Positions 1 to 10,500 of a DNA stretch of 64,000 bases are shown in pieces. Position 1 is the first letter of the stretch; each line of letters starts with the position of its first letter. Made by a program: the position numbers and the translations under genes. The stretch spans positions 416,001-480,000 of the forward strand of contig CAVZSV010000005.1 in NCBI GenBank assembly GCA_963778115.1. The letters run 5' to 3'. The stretch is from an uncultured delta proteobacterium (GTDB taxonomy: Bacteria; Bdellovibrionota; FAC87; UBA2466). The notes beneath the pieces were generated by a model. It was not told the origin of the DNA and searched no databases. It saw only the letters and a list, made by a program, of their open reading frames with translations.

Positions 1-570
1 TGTCGTTCCGATATGCTCAAAGTAGCCAAGCCAAGAAGAAAGCCTTCGCATCGATGCACGCGATTGCGGCGGAAGATACATTCCCAAAAGCAATCTATGA
101 ACGTTTTGTTTGCGGCATTCTTCCAACAGGGCCGGCCATATTTCGCGGTGGATCGCTATGAAATGGGAAGGGCGCAAAGCCTTTAAGAAACGTTTGACGC
201 AAAATCTAAAATCGAAGGGAGAATAGTCAGCGAAGTCCCACGATAGGCCATGGCCACTGGAAATTCGCCGCTGCGTCTCCAACTCCACCGCCACCTTTGC
301 CGTTGGCGAAAAATACGATAGAAATACTCTCGCTTGGGGCCGTAACTGTTTGATTTCATCCAAAATAGCAAGGCACTGTTCGAACTCCCCACTGGAAGCG
401 ACGTGAAACCAGAAGAGCTGACGAGAGTCGTCTTTGCGAAACTTTCTGACACGTCGGGAAAGTCCAAAGCGCCCCCAAAATCCACGTCGAACCTTTGTCG
501 AAAAAAGTGAGGCGGGCACTGCCACCAGGAGAGCTAGAAAATACGTGAAAGAGTACAGGCATCCCTTCAT
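1..570 (-). CDS. waaA: Kdo transferase (3-deoxy-D-manno-octulosonic acid transferase), N-terminal part, runs off the window
   Basis: Not in the ORF track. Manual translation from ATG 570 (ATGA overlap with the waaF stop) gives MKGCLYSF...LFWFHVASSGEFEQCLAIL...FLSYFSPT...YSPFD...EIWP, which carries KdtA N-terminal motifs. Confidence 0.85.
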   Translation of the reverse strand, partial: MKGCLYSFTYFLALLVAVPASLFSTKVRRGFWGRFGLSRRVRKFRKDDSRQLFWFHVASSGEFEQCLAILDEIKQLRPQARVFLSYFSPTAKVAVELETQRRISSGHGLSWDFADYSPFDFRFCVKRFLKALRPSHFIAIHREIWPALLEECRKQNVHRLLLGMYLPPQSRASMRRLSSWLGYFEHIGTT

Positions 571-1589
571 ACGGGGCTCACTTTAGACCGAAGTAAGGCC
601 AAGGTGGCATCAAAAACTCTTCCCGGGCTGATATTGGTCAAACAAAACCTCTTGCGCCGAATACAGGGGGCTTGGCCGTTTTTTGAGCACGGCCGGCACC
701 AAAGATCCTCTTCTAAAATACGAGCTTGCGGGTGAAAGGGAAGGCATCCCGACTCCGCTGAAGTAGGACCCAGCATGAGCACCGAAGGGATATTAAGCGA
801 GTCCGCGATATGCATTAGCCCTGTATCATTGGCAACCACTAACTGGCATCGCTCGATAAGTGCAGCCGACTCTCCGATTCCCAGTTGTCCTTGAGTATTC
901 ATAACGCGATCCGCCGGAAGACCTCGAACCAAATCTCCACAGAAAGAGTCGCCAGGTCCTCCAAAGATGATAAGAGAAGCGTTCGTTTCGGCGATTAAAC
1001 GCTCGATGACATTTCGAAAATAGGGCAGAGGCCAGCGTTTGCCGGGCCATTGCGCCGAGGGAATAATTCCTATCCAGGGCTTTTCCCGGTTCACCCCGAA
1101 TTTGGCGAGAGCCTTGGTACGTGTCGCATCCGATAAGAAAAGCTCGGGCCCTTTGCCGTCGTAAGTGACCCCCCACTTCTTGAGTGGCTCGACATAGCGT
1201 TCCAACATGCGCTTTTTGTCTAAAATCCGAAGCTTGAAGGTTAAAGCGAGCGCTCTTCTTAGATATTGCTTATTAAAGTACGCCGCCCGTTGAGGAAAGA
1301 TAAATGGCATCAGCAGGCGGGTTCTAAGGCTTCGGTGCGCATCGTAGACGTAATCATAACGTTCGCTTCGTAACGTCTTAGCCAGTTCGAAAAGGCCCCG
1401 CCAACCTTCGATTCGAGAGAGCCCCATTTTCTGATTGAGATGAGGGTTGTCTTTAATTAAATCGAAGAAATCTTCGCGCACCACCATATCGATTTGCGCT
1501 GTGGGATGGGCCTCGCGCAGGCAGCGGACCATTGCGGTTGCCATGATAATATCGCCCAGACTGCTAAAACGAAGAACGAGTATTTTCAC
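567..1589 (-). CDS. waaF: GT9 family LPS heptosyltransferase (WaaF-like)
   Basis: MKILVLRFSSLGDI, KRWP and VANDTGLMHIA motifs; adjacent to waaA. Confidence 0.8.
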   Translation of the reverse strand: MKILVLRFSSLGDIIMATAMVRCLREAHPTAQIDMVVREDFFDLIKDNPHLNQKMGLSRIEGWRGLFELAKTLRSERYDYVYDAHRSLRTRLLMPFIFPQRAAYFNKQYLRRALALTFKLRILDKKRMLERYVEPLKKWGVTYDGKGPELFLSDATRTKALAKFGVNREKPWIGIIPSAQWPGKRWPLPYFRNVIERLIAETNASLIIFGGPGDSFCGDLVRGLPADRVMNTQGQLGIGESAALIERCQLVVANDTGLMHIADSLNIPSVLMLGPTSAESGCLPFHPQARILEEDLWCRPCSKNGQAPCIRRKRFCLTNISPGRVFDATLALLRSKVSPV

Positions 1590-3316
1590 ATTTCTTTCGG
1601 AGCGCGCATGCCCAACAATTCTAATCCATTGGTAAGGGTCGTTTGGGTGGCTTCCACCAATCCCAGACGGAGCTGACGCTGAACCAGATCGTTACTCTGC
1701 AAGACAGGGAGTTTGTAGTAAAAGCGATTAAACGCTTTAGACAAATCGATGAGGTAGTACGTCAAATGATAGGGTTCATTATCTCGAACCACTAAATGCA
1801 AAGTCGCCCGAAACTTTGCTAGCGAGAGGATTAAGGCCTCTTCTTCGGCGGCAAACGTGTAGCTAGTGGGATCTTTGATAATAGCTGCCGCCTCCTTTTT
1901 CTCCCGGGCCTTCTCTAACAGGCTATGGCAACGCACTAACGAGTACTGAACATAAGGGCCTGTCTCGCCGTCCAAAGCGAGAACTGTTTCCCATTTAAAC
2001 TCGATGTCGGACCTACGGTGGGAAGAAAGATTTCCAAAGATAATAGCTCCCACGCCTACCATCGAAGCCACTTCTTCTTTATTAGGTAAGTCGGGATTTT
2101 TCTTGGTGCATTCTTCAAGAGCCAGGGTCTGAGCTTCGTCGAGCAGTTCATCCAGAAAAATAACACGCCCTTCTCGGGTCGACATCTTCTCCGTCCCAAA
2201 GAGTACTGTGCCAAACGAAACGTGTTCACACTTCTCGCTCCAGGGCTGATTCATTAACTTGAGCGTGCCAAAGAGCAACTGAAAGTGAAGCTTTTGTTGC
2301 TCGGCCACGACGTAAAACATTTTATCGAAATGAAAGCGCCGTTCTCTATCGACCGCAGCCGCGATATCGCGGGTGAGGTAAAGGGTGGTGCCGTCCTTTT
2401 TCTGAACCAAGGCCGGGGTGGAAAGGCCTGGCACTTCGACAATCCACGCGCCTTCGCTCAGTTTTGCTCCCGCCTTCTCTTTAATCTCTTTTAGCGTCTC
2501 CTGAATTTTAGGGATGTAATGGCTCTCCCCTTCAAGATGGTTAAAGCGGATATTCATTCGGGCTAGCGTTTCATCCATGACGGTAACGCTAATCTTTTTG
2601 ATCTGTTTCCAGAGATCGGTGACTTTGGGTTCGTGCTCTTCAAGACGCTGCAACGCCTGCGACGCTTTTTCCAGATATTCAGGATGGATCTCGGCCTCTT
2701 TATGAAATTTGACGTAAATTTCAAAAAGGTGGTTCATGGCGATCTTAGGATCTTTATCGTTTAGGATTTCAGGCTTTCCCCATGTCTCAAATCCCACTAA
2801 CAGGCGCGCGAATTGAGACCCCCAGTCGCCGACAAAGTTAATGCGCTCGGTTTGGTAACCTAAACTGTCATAGACATTGGCTAGCGTATTTCCGATGAGA
2901 GTCGATCTGATATGTTGAAAACCGAGTTTCTTAGCGACATTCGGCGAGCAGTATTCAAAGACAATGTGTTTGCCTTTTCCACTTTGGTCAAACCCGTACC
3001 GATTTTTTTGTGTCGTGATCGCGCTTAGCGTTTGCAAGTAAAGGGTACCCACGTCCCAGCGAAAATTGGCGTAGGGGCCGGTCGCCGTTACTGTGATCCC
3101 CTTTCCGGCGAAATGCTCCTTTAGCCCTTGGGCAATTTTGTCCGACGGTATCTTAAGAACTTTGGAGAGTTTGAAGCAGGGGAGCGCCACATGCCCCAAG
3201 GCTTGCTGGGGAGGGACTCCAAAATCGGCTTCCAGCGCTTCAGCGGTAATGGCCGGCTGATTGAAGTACCCGGCTATCTCCGTCGCCATTCGTCGTTTCA
3301 TTTCTAAGAAAGGCAT
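1586..3316 (-). CDS. argS: Arginine--tRNA ligase
   Basis: SPNVAK..HIRST, NFVGDWGSQF, DGTTLYLTRDIAA, KMSTREG and TGPYVQY motifs; C-terminal anticodon-binding domain. Confidence 0.97.
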   Translation of the reverse strand: MPFLEMKRRMATEIAGYFNQPAITAEALEADFGVPPQQALGHVALPCFKLSKVLKIPSDKIAQGLKEHFAGKGITVTATGPYANFRWDVGTLYLQTLSAITTQKNRYGFDQSGKGKHIVFEYCSPNVAKKLGFQHIRSTLIGNTLANVYDSLGYQTERINFVGDWGSQFARLLVGFETWGKPEILNDKDPKIAMNHLFEIYVKFHKEAEIHPEYLEKASQALQRLEEHEPKVTDLWKQIKKISVTVMDETLARMNIRFNHLEGESHYIPKIQETLKEIKEKAGAKLSEGAWIVEVPGLSTPALVQKKDGTTLYLTRDIAAAVDRERRFHFDKMFYVVAEQQKLHFQLLFGTLKLMNQPWSEKCEHVSFGTVLFGTEKMSTREGRVIFLDELLDEAQTLALEECTKKNPDLPNKEEVASMVGVGAIIFGNLSSHRRSDIEFKWETVLALDGETGPYVQYSLVRCHSLLEKAREKKEAAAIIKDPTSYTFAAEEEALILSLAKFRATLHLVVRDNEPYHLTYYLIDLSKAFNRFYYKLPVLQSNDLVQRQLRLGLVEATQTTLTNGLELLGMRAPKEM

Positions 3317-3374
3317 TCAACTACCCGTAAAAAGGTTATTGCATAACCCGCATTAAGCCCATAGCCAAGTGAGT

Positions 3375-4691
3375 TCAAAGTCTGGCTCCCGGACGCGGAG
3401 TCGATTTACGACGAGCCGCCTCCTCTTTCGCTTGGGCGTGTTTTTCGGCCTTAAGAATGGGCTTCATCAAATGCTTTAGCATAGGTTCTACGACCTCTCG
3501 AGCGGTATGTAACGAACCCCAAGGGTAGGGCAGATGCGCGTTCATTAACGGGCCCAAACGCTCCACCCGAGGTAGGCGGAGTCTGGAGTGCAGCCAACAA
3601 TAGTCGTAAATCTCCACCAAAGAATCTTCAAAAGTCTCAATGGCAAATCGTCTGGCGTCCTCGGAGTAACAGCTCTCCAAATCGAGTGTAGGTTCGATGT
3701 GCCGAATGGAACCTGACAAGAAAGGAAACAGGCGATTCATCTTTCCAATGGCCGCTCGACACTGGGACAAAAGACTGTCCAGCGAAAAATCCCTGGCGCC
3801 GTGGATCCAAAGGGTCATTCGGGTTGCGTCTTGAGTTCTCGAAATTTCGAAGGGCAGTATCTCTGCTTCCGGATCGGGAATTTCCCAACTATCAAAAAAG
3901 ACGGAAACCGGTCGAACATTAAGAGGAACGACCGTCGGATCTAAGGTTAAGGTCAGTGGGAAAAGGGCTTTAGAGGGAATAGGCTCTTGCGCGAAAGAGA
4001 TGCCTAGATTTTCGCAAACTTCTTCTTTCTGTAAAATCGTTCTCAATGGAGTGGAGGGAAGATTTAAGATCACCCATTGGGAAAATAGCGGCTCGTATCC
4101 TTGAAGTTGAACCGCGTACCCTAATTTTGTTTTCGTCATGGGTGCGATTTTTTCGATACTGTTTTCTCTAGGATTCGCGTGGAACACTCGGATCTGCTTG
4201 GAGAGGGCATCGGCCGGCCTCCACCAACAGAGTTCGGTGAATAACCAGGCGTACAGCGCGGCCCATTCAGGAGAAACTTTCCCGGTGCGACCAAACGCCA
4301 ATGCTAAACCCCGGCCGAAGCCGATAAGATCGGGATTTTGCTGAATCGCACCTTTTAATCCCCTGACCAATCGCGATGGGGAATCGAGCCATCCGTCATG
4401 AGACGCCAAGAGAGCTAATTCGGGAAAACGGGATCCCGCACTGATGGGGTCCCAGGAGAGGACTGCTTGAGGAGAAACCATTTCAGGAGACCAGGTTTTT
4501 GTGACGGGGATGTCAAAGCGCCGCGCAATGGCCGTCGGTAACGCGACCGGGCGAAGATGGGGTTCAAAACTCACGTAACCCAACCGGAGTTTTCCGTGAG
4601 ACCGCTTTTCAAGCTCTCCCAAAGCCCAAAGACCCGCGGGATCGTCTCCCAAAACTAGGCAATCAAATTCGGCAAATCCGGTTTCCGCCAC
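3375..4691 (-). CDS. Hypothetical protein with a degenerate N-terminal FAD/Rossmann-like motif
   Basis: 438-aa ORF; FDCLVLGDDPAGLWAL resembles a dinucleotide-binding start but lacks canonical GxGxxG. Confidence 0.6.
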   Translation of the reverse strand: MAETGFAEFDCLVLGDDPAGLWALGELEKRSHGKLRLGYVSFEPHLRPVALPTAIARRFDIPVTKTWSPEMVSPQAVLSWDPISAGSRFPELALLASHDGWLDSPSRLVRGLKGAIQQNPDLIGFGRGLALAFGRTGKVSPEWAALYAWLFTELCWWRPADALSKQIRVFHANPRENSIEKIAPMTKTKLGYAVQLQGYEPLFSQWVILNLPSTPLRTILQKEEVCENLGISFAQEPIPSKALFPLTLTLDPTVVPLNVRPVSVFFDSWEIPDPEAEILPFEISRTQDATRMTLWIHGARDFSLDSLLSQCRAAIGKMNRLFPFLSGSIRHIEPTLDLESCYSEDARRFAIETFEDSLVEIYDYCWLHSRLRLPRVERLGPLMNAHLPYPWGSLHTAREVVEPMLKHLMKPILKAEKHAQAKEEAARRKSTPRPGARL

Positions 4692-4856
4692 CGATTAAGT
4701 TCCTCTCAGTTCATGAGTAAAAGGACAAAAATGTTTCCAAAGTCGGTCGGAGCGATAATACTAGGAGTAGGGGACTCATCCAACTTAATCTTAGTCACGT
4801 GTCAGGGCTCTAAACCGTCCCAATTAGGTAAGAAAAGGGAACGCAGGGCAAACATC

Positions 4857-5435
4857 ATGCGAATCAGTCTCTATAGCTTAGGCCTGGTACTTGCTTTCGT
4901 CGGATTGCCCGGTTATGCCGCCCTTCCTCCGGAAGGGGGCGTGGTGATGATGCCGCTCAACTGCGGAGAATTGCTCCCCGACAACGCTCCCTATATCAAT
5001 TTCTTCGAAGGAGTCGCTCGCAACGCTATCTCGTCGGATAAAACTTTGGCCAAGCGAATTTTAAGAATCTTAGCCCTTAGAGACAAATTGGCCGAATATG
5101 TCGATAGAAGCCGAGGACAAAACCCGGTCGATACTTTGATTCGCAAAACGATCTGTTTTTACCGTGAGCAAAAAGAACCGCTAAAGCCCATTGCCGTTGA
5201 TGATCCCGACTTTTTGAATTTCATGAAGAAATCCCTTCCCGATCTAGAAACCAAAGTCGACGATAGCATTTTTCAGGCCGAATTCGAGCGCTACCGTCGA
5301 GTGGAGCTGGAGCGTCAGGCACAGCGCAACCAGGGGGCCATGAATTCCTTGGAAGAGCAGGCCAACCATGACGCAGATCGTTCGTTTGAAAACATTTCCA
5401 AAGCAGCCCGCCGCAAGGTAAAAACGGGTCCATGA
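4857..5435 (+). CDS. Secreted hypothetical protein, helical C-terminus
   Basis: ATG 4857 gives a signal-peptide-like N-terminus (MRISLYSLGLVLAFVGLPGYA); ATGA overlap with suhB. The track start at 4713 is probably too long. Confidence 0.65.
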   Translation: MRISLYSLGLVLAFVGLPGYAALPPEGGVVMMPLNCGELLPDNAPYINFFEGVARNAISSDKTLAKRILRILALRDKLAEYVDRSRGQNPVDTLIRKTICFYREQKEPLKPIAVDDPDFLNFMKKSLPDLETKVDDSIFQAEFERYRRVELERQAQRNQGAMNSLEEQANHDADRSFENISKAARRKVKTGP

Positions 5436-6202
5436 CCTCACATCTTCCGTTTATCTCGAAGCTGGCCGATGGTGCCGGCGACATTTTAATGAAATATTTC
5501 TATAAGACGCATCGCATCACCCGCAAGCCTAACGCAGGCATAGTGACCGAGGCGGATAAGGCCGCCGAAGCCTTCCTGATGAAAAACATTTTCAGAAGTT
5601 TTCCAAATAGTTCGATAATTACAGAAGAAAGCGGGGAGTTCCTGGGGGAGCACGCTTATACCTGGGTGCTGGATCCTTTGGACGGCACCACCAACTATGC
5701 GCATGGCTTCCCTTGGTTCTGTGTTTCTATCGGACTTTACGAAGGAAACCGGCCGCTTGCCGGGATGATCTGGAACCCTTTCACGAAGGAGAAGTTCTCG
5801 GCGGAAGTAGGAAAGGGGGCTCACTTAAACGGGAAGCGCATTCGGGTGTCGAATACCAACCGAATGGCGGATGCCCTGGTGGGTACCGGGTTTTATTATA
5901 TGAAAGGGACCGAGCTAAAACGGGAGATGGGAATCTTCACGCGAATGAATGAAAGGGCACTTGGCGTTCGCAGGCCCGGATCAGCAGCACTCGATTTAGC
6001 TTATGTCGCTTGCGGACGTTACGACGGTTTTTGGGAGAAATGTCTTTCGCCTTGGGATGTCGCCGCTGGTTTTTTGATCGTGACGGAGGCGGGGGGCACT
6101 ATCTCAGGATACTCTGGCAAACCAACGGACATACATGCTGGAGAAGTAGTAGCATCCAACAAAATTTTGCATCCAAGTTTAATTCGCATCATCAAAGGGT
6201 AA
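5432..6202 (+). CDS. suhB: Inositol monophosphatase family protein
   Basis: WVLDPLDGTTNYAHG, GSAALDLAYVACG and WDVAAG motifs. Confidence 0.92.
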   Translation: MTSHLPFISKLADGAGDILMKYFYKTHRITRKPNAGIVTEADKAAEAFLMKNIFRSFPNSSIITEESGEFLGEHAYTWVLDPLDGTTNYAHGFPWFCVSIGLYEGNRPLAGMIWNPFTKEKFSAEVGKGAHLNGKRIRVSNTNRMADALVGTGFYYMKGTELKREMGIFTRMNERALGVRRPGSAALDLAYVACGRYDGFWEKCLSPWDVAAGFLIVTEAGGTISGYSGKPTDIHAGEVVASNKILHPSLIRIIKG

Positions 6203-6274
6203 GACAGACGAAATAAGCCAAGCAGGAAGGGCTTTAAACTCCACAAGGAAGTGATTTTTACTTGGTGGAGTTCG

Positions 6275-7255
6275 ATGGCTTTAAATCAGTGGATAGTTCT
6301 CATTCAAAAGGTGCCCAAGGGACCTTTATCTCGAGAAGATGTGGAGCTTTTGCTCAAACAAAAGCAGATCCGCTTCAATGACCTCGCCTATAAAATCGAA
6401 GACGGCCAAACGAAATCCGCCTCAAGCTGGAAATTTCTATGGCAATTTGAAGAATTCGACCGACGCAAGAACGAAGCGCAAGAGCCGCCCTCTAAAGAGA
6501 TCTTAGAAAGAAGATCGGCTACGACAGCACCTCCCAAAGTGGAAGATCATATTCCGCCCGAACTCTTAGATATCAATCCCGAAGATTTGCTCCGCAATCA
6601 AAATCCCGTAATGGAACGACGGATTCCTCAAGAGCATCTATCAGAGGAGGAGGTCGTAAAACCCAGAGATCGTCAAGAAAACTACGATACGCCCACCCAT
6701 TTTGGGAGGTGGGCCGCGGGGCTCGTCGCGACTATTGTTACGATCGCTTTTTTTAATTCGGGCCAACTCTCCAAGCTTCTTCGTCCGATGAGTCTTGCGC
6801 CGGAGAACCGAAGTATTGCGAGTAACGAGCCTCAACTTCCGATTGGAAGTCCGCTTCAAGACGCGACAGGTTCTAGACATAGTTCTCCCGCACGTCCCAC
6901 CCCCTCAAGATACGGCCGTCCGAACTTTCCTCCGGTTACTAATTCCATTCCAGCGGGACGCGACCCGTCCGAATTCAAGCCAGAACCACCGCCGCTTGAG
7001 ATTCGTGATGGAAACGAGGATGGGTGGAAAGACCCTGCTGATGAAAAAAATGAAGAGCAGCGTGAAGTTCAAGACGAGGAAGAGGCTCCCAAACCCACCC
7101 GCTCTAAAAAAACAAAGGCCGCAGCTCACTCTCGTCCGTTTCCGCCAGAGAACGAAGAGGGAGAAGAGGCGGGAGAATCAAAAGCCGAGCAGGGAGAAGG
7201 GGCTACTCAGGAGACTGAGGGAGCAAATGAAGATAGGAAAGAAAACTTGCCGTAA
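6275..7255 (+). CDS. Membrane protein: GYF_2-like N-terminal domain, one TM helix, Pro-rich and acidic disordered tail
   Basis: QW...KGPLSREDVELLL..KQI...DLAY....W pattern; hydrophobic WAAGLVATIVTIAFF; GGAG precedes ATG 6275. Confidence 0.6.
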   Translation: MALNQWIVLIQKVPKGPLSREDVELLLKQKQIRFNDLAYKIEDGQTKSASSWKFLWQFEEFDRRKNEAQEPPSKEILERRSATTAPPKVEDHIPPELLDINPEDLLRNQNPVMERRIPQEHLSEEEVVKPRDRQENYDTPTHFGRWAAGLVATIVTIAFFNSGQLSKLLRPMSLAPENRSIASNEPQLPIGSPLQDATGSRHSSPARPTPSRYGRPNFPPVTNSIPAGRDPSEFKPEPPPLEIRDGNEDGWKDPADEKNEEQREVQDEEEAPKPTRSKKTKAAAHSRPFPPENEEGEEAGESKAEQGEGATQETEGANEDRKENLP

Positions 7256-7350
7256 ACCCAAAAGGTGCCCGTCGACTTTCGGGACCTTGTCTGAACAAAA
7301 ACAAAAGGTGCCCAGAAAAGGTCCCGAAAGTCGACGGGCACCTTTTGGGT
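7256..7350. repeat. Perfect 33-bp inverted repeat (REP/MITE-like hairpin)
   Basis: 7256-7288 ACCCAAAAGGTGCCCGTCGACTTTCGGGACCTT is the exact reverse complement of 7318-7350; the 29-nt loop holds a third partial copy CAAAAGGTGCCC. Confidence 0.9.
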
Positions 7351-7438
7351 CTTTAAGTTCTTAATTTTCCACAGCAACAAAATGAATTTATCTCCACAAT
7401 TGGCCAGTTGTGCGTGGCGTTAACTTTTCGTTAAAATA

Positions 7439-7455
7439 TCTAGACGGTGTCTAGA
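7439..7455. promoter_or_regulatory. Palindrome TCTAGAC-N3-GTCTAGA, candidate operator upstream of the giant gene
   Basis: Perfect 7-3-7 dyad about 80 bp before ATG 7534; function inferred only. Confidence 0.35.
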
Positions 7456-7533
7456 ATAGTGACGCCCATCTCTCTTTGAATCCACGGAAATAGGAATAGA
7501 AATCATTACCTGTCGGTTGTTAGGGGACCAGGG

Positions 7534-10500
7534 ATGAATGCGGTACGTATAGCGATCTATAAATTGGGGCTTACCCTCGGGCTAGCTCTCATCTTTGCAG
7601 GGTGTAGCCCTGTCTCGTGGAAGAGCGCGGGTTCTCTTTCCGTGTCGCGCACTATTGCCGGTGTAGGGGGAAGTAGCAACGCGTTAGCGGCGCAATTAAA
7701 CTCGTCTTCTAACTTTAACTACACCATTTCCAATAACGGCCAACAAAACGCTACCGCACTTACCGCCTCCTTCTCAGACTCCATTCAAGTTGAAAGTTCT
7801 AATCCTACCGATGCTTTCGAAATTACCGGCGGCACTTGCAACGGAATGATTCCCGCCCAGTCGAATTGCTCCTACATCATCACATTTACCCCGCCGTCTG
7901 TGGGAACCTTCACTGCGAATTTAACGATTAGCTTTTTCGACGGGAATCAAACCCAAACCAGTATCATCCCTATCACCGCTACCAGCTATGCCCCTCCGCC
8001 GATCAATGTCGCAGCGACAGCGGGGGACGGACAAAATACCCTCAGTTGGACTCCGCAAACGGGAGCGACTTCATACAATATCTACTTTCAAACATCGGCC
8101 GGAGTGACGACGACGGCTAGTACGAAGATCTCAGGGGTCACCACGCCCTACATCCATCAGTCGCTTACTGACGGCACGACTTATTATTACGCCATCACTT
8201 CCGTTACCGATAACTTTGAAAGCTCGCTATCCACGGAAGTCTCGGCCATGCCGGCGGTTGGATTAGCGGCTCCCGCCAACGTCATCGCAACCGCGGGATA
8301 CGGAGAAAATACCATTTCATGGAATGCGGTGACGGGTGCTTCCTCCTACAACTTGTACTGGAGTACGACAGCGGGAGTGACGACCAGTTCCACAAAGATA
8401 ACGGGCGTCACCTCTCCCTATGCGCATTTATCGCTAACGAATGGAACGGCTTACTACTATAAAGTAAGCGCTCAGGATACAGGAGGCGAAGGGCCGCTCT
8501 CCGCTGAAGTTTCAGCAACTCCCTACGCTGCCGCACCTACCAATATCGTGGCCACCGCGGGGGACGGGCAAGTAGCAGTGAGTTGGACGGCGGCGACCGG
8601 TGCTACTTCTTACAATATCTATTATTCGACCAATTCTAATGTCACGACAGGCAGTACCGAAATCGCAAGTGCCACTTCCGGACAAGCCATTACGGGCCTC
8701 ACCAATGGAACCCTCTATTATTTTGCCGTGACCAGTGTCACGGGCAGCATCGAAAGTGGGCTCTCGACCATCGTCAGTGCTACTCCCACGACAAGCCTTA
8801 CGGCACCGGTTAACGTCGTAGCGACTGCAGGAACTTCTCAAAACACGATCTCGTGGAACCCGGTAACCAATGCGACGTCTTACAATCTCTATTGGAGTAC
8901 GACCGCCGGAGTAACGACAAGTTCGACCAAGATTACGGGAGTCACGTCGCCCTACACGCAACTCTCCTTAACCGGCGGAACTCCCTACTACTATAAAGTT
9001 AGCGCCCAAGATGCGGGCGGAGAGGGGCCGCTATCGTCTGAAGTCTCGGCAACTCCGAATGCAGCGCCGCCCATTAATGTCGCGGCGGCGGCAGGGGACG
9101 GGCAAGTTACGGTTACTTGGACGGCCGCCGCGGGAGCTACCGCTTACAATATTTATTATTCGACAAGTGCTTCGGTCACCACTTCAAGTACTAAAGTCGC
9201 AAGTGCGTCCTCTGGCCAAGCCATTACGGGCCTAACCAACGGGACGGTTTATTATTTCGCCGTGACGAGTGTCACGGGGAGTAACGAAAGTGGAATATCG
9301 ACGATAGTAAATGCCACTCCCGCCACAAGCCTTACGGCCCCCAGTAATGTCGTGGCGATCGGCGGAAGTGCCCAAAATACGATCTCTTGGAATGGCGTGA
9401 CCAATGCCACTTCCTATAATCTTTACTGGAGTACGACGGCGGGAGTAACGACAAGTTCCACAAAAATTTCGGGTGTCACTTCTTCTTATGTGCAAAGCTC
9501 TCTAAGCGGGGGAACGGCTTACTATTACAAAGTCAGCGCTCAAGATGCCGGTGGAGAAGGACCGCTCTCTTCGGAAGTCTCGGCCACGCCTTTTGCCCCT
9601 CCACCGACTAATGTTGTAGCAAGCGGTGGGGACGGACAGGTCACCGTCACTTGGACAGCGGCCACCGGGGCCACTGCTTACAACCTCTATTATGCAACCA
9701 ATTCGAGCGTGACGACTTCGAGTACTAAAGTGACAGGAGCTACTTCGGGTGTCGCAACGACCGGACTTACGAATGGAACGACCTACTATTTTGCGGTGAC
9801 GAGTGTCACCAATGGAAACGAGAGTGCGCTCTCAACCATTGTGAACGCCACTCCCGCGACAAGCCTTGCAGCACCTGCCAATGTCGTGGCAACCGCAGGA
9901 AGTGCCCAAAATTCGATTTCGTGGAATGCGGTGACGAATGCGACCTCCTACAATCTTTACTGGAGTACGACGGCTGGAGTAACGACAAGTTCCACGAAAA
10001 TTTCGGGTGTCACTTCTTCTTATGTGCAAAGCTCTTTAAGCGGGGGAACGGCTTACTATTACAAAGTCAGCGCTCAAGATGCCGGTGGCGAAGGGCCTCT
10101 ATCTTCGGAAGTCTCGGCCACGCCTTTTGCGCCACCTCCCACTAATGTTGCGGCAACGGCCGGTGACGGGCAAGCCACCATCACCTGGACTGCCGCAACC
10201 GGTGCTACTTCCTACAACATCTATTATTCGACCAGTGCTTCGGTCACTACTTCAAGCACCAAAGTAGCCAGCGCGACGTCGGGACAGGCAATTACAGGTC
10301 TCACCAATGGCACTGTCTATTATTTCGCCGTAACGAGCGTTACTAGCGGAACGGAAAGTGCTCTCTCAACGATGGTAAGCGCAACCCCCGCTACAAGTCT
10401 TACGGCCCCGGTCAACGTAGTCGCTACTGCGGGTACGAGTCAAAACACGATCTCGTGGAATGCAGTGACGAATGCGACCTCTTACAATCTTTACTGGAGT

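Noticed and set aside
183..562. Track ORFs 183-485 and 356-562
   Set aside because: Out-of-frame overlaps of the true waaA frame (1-570).
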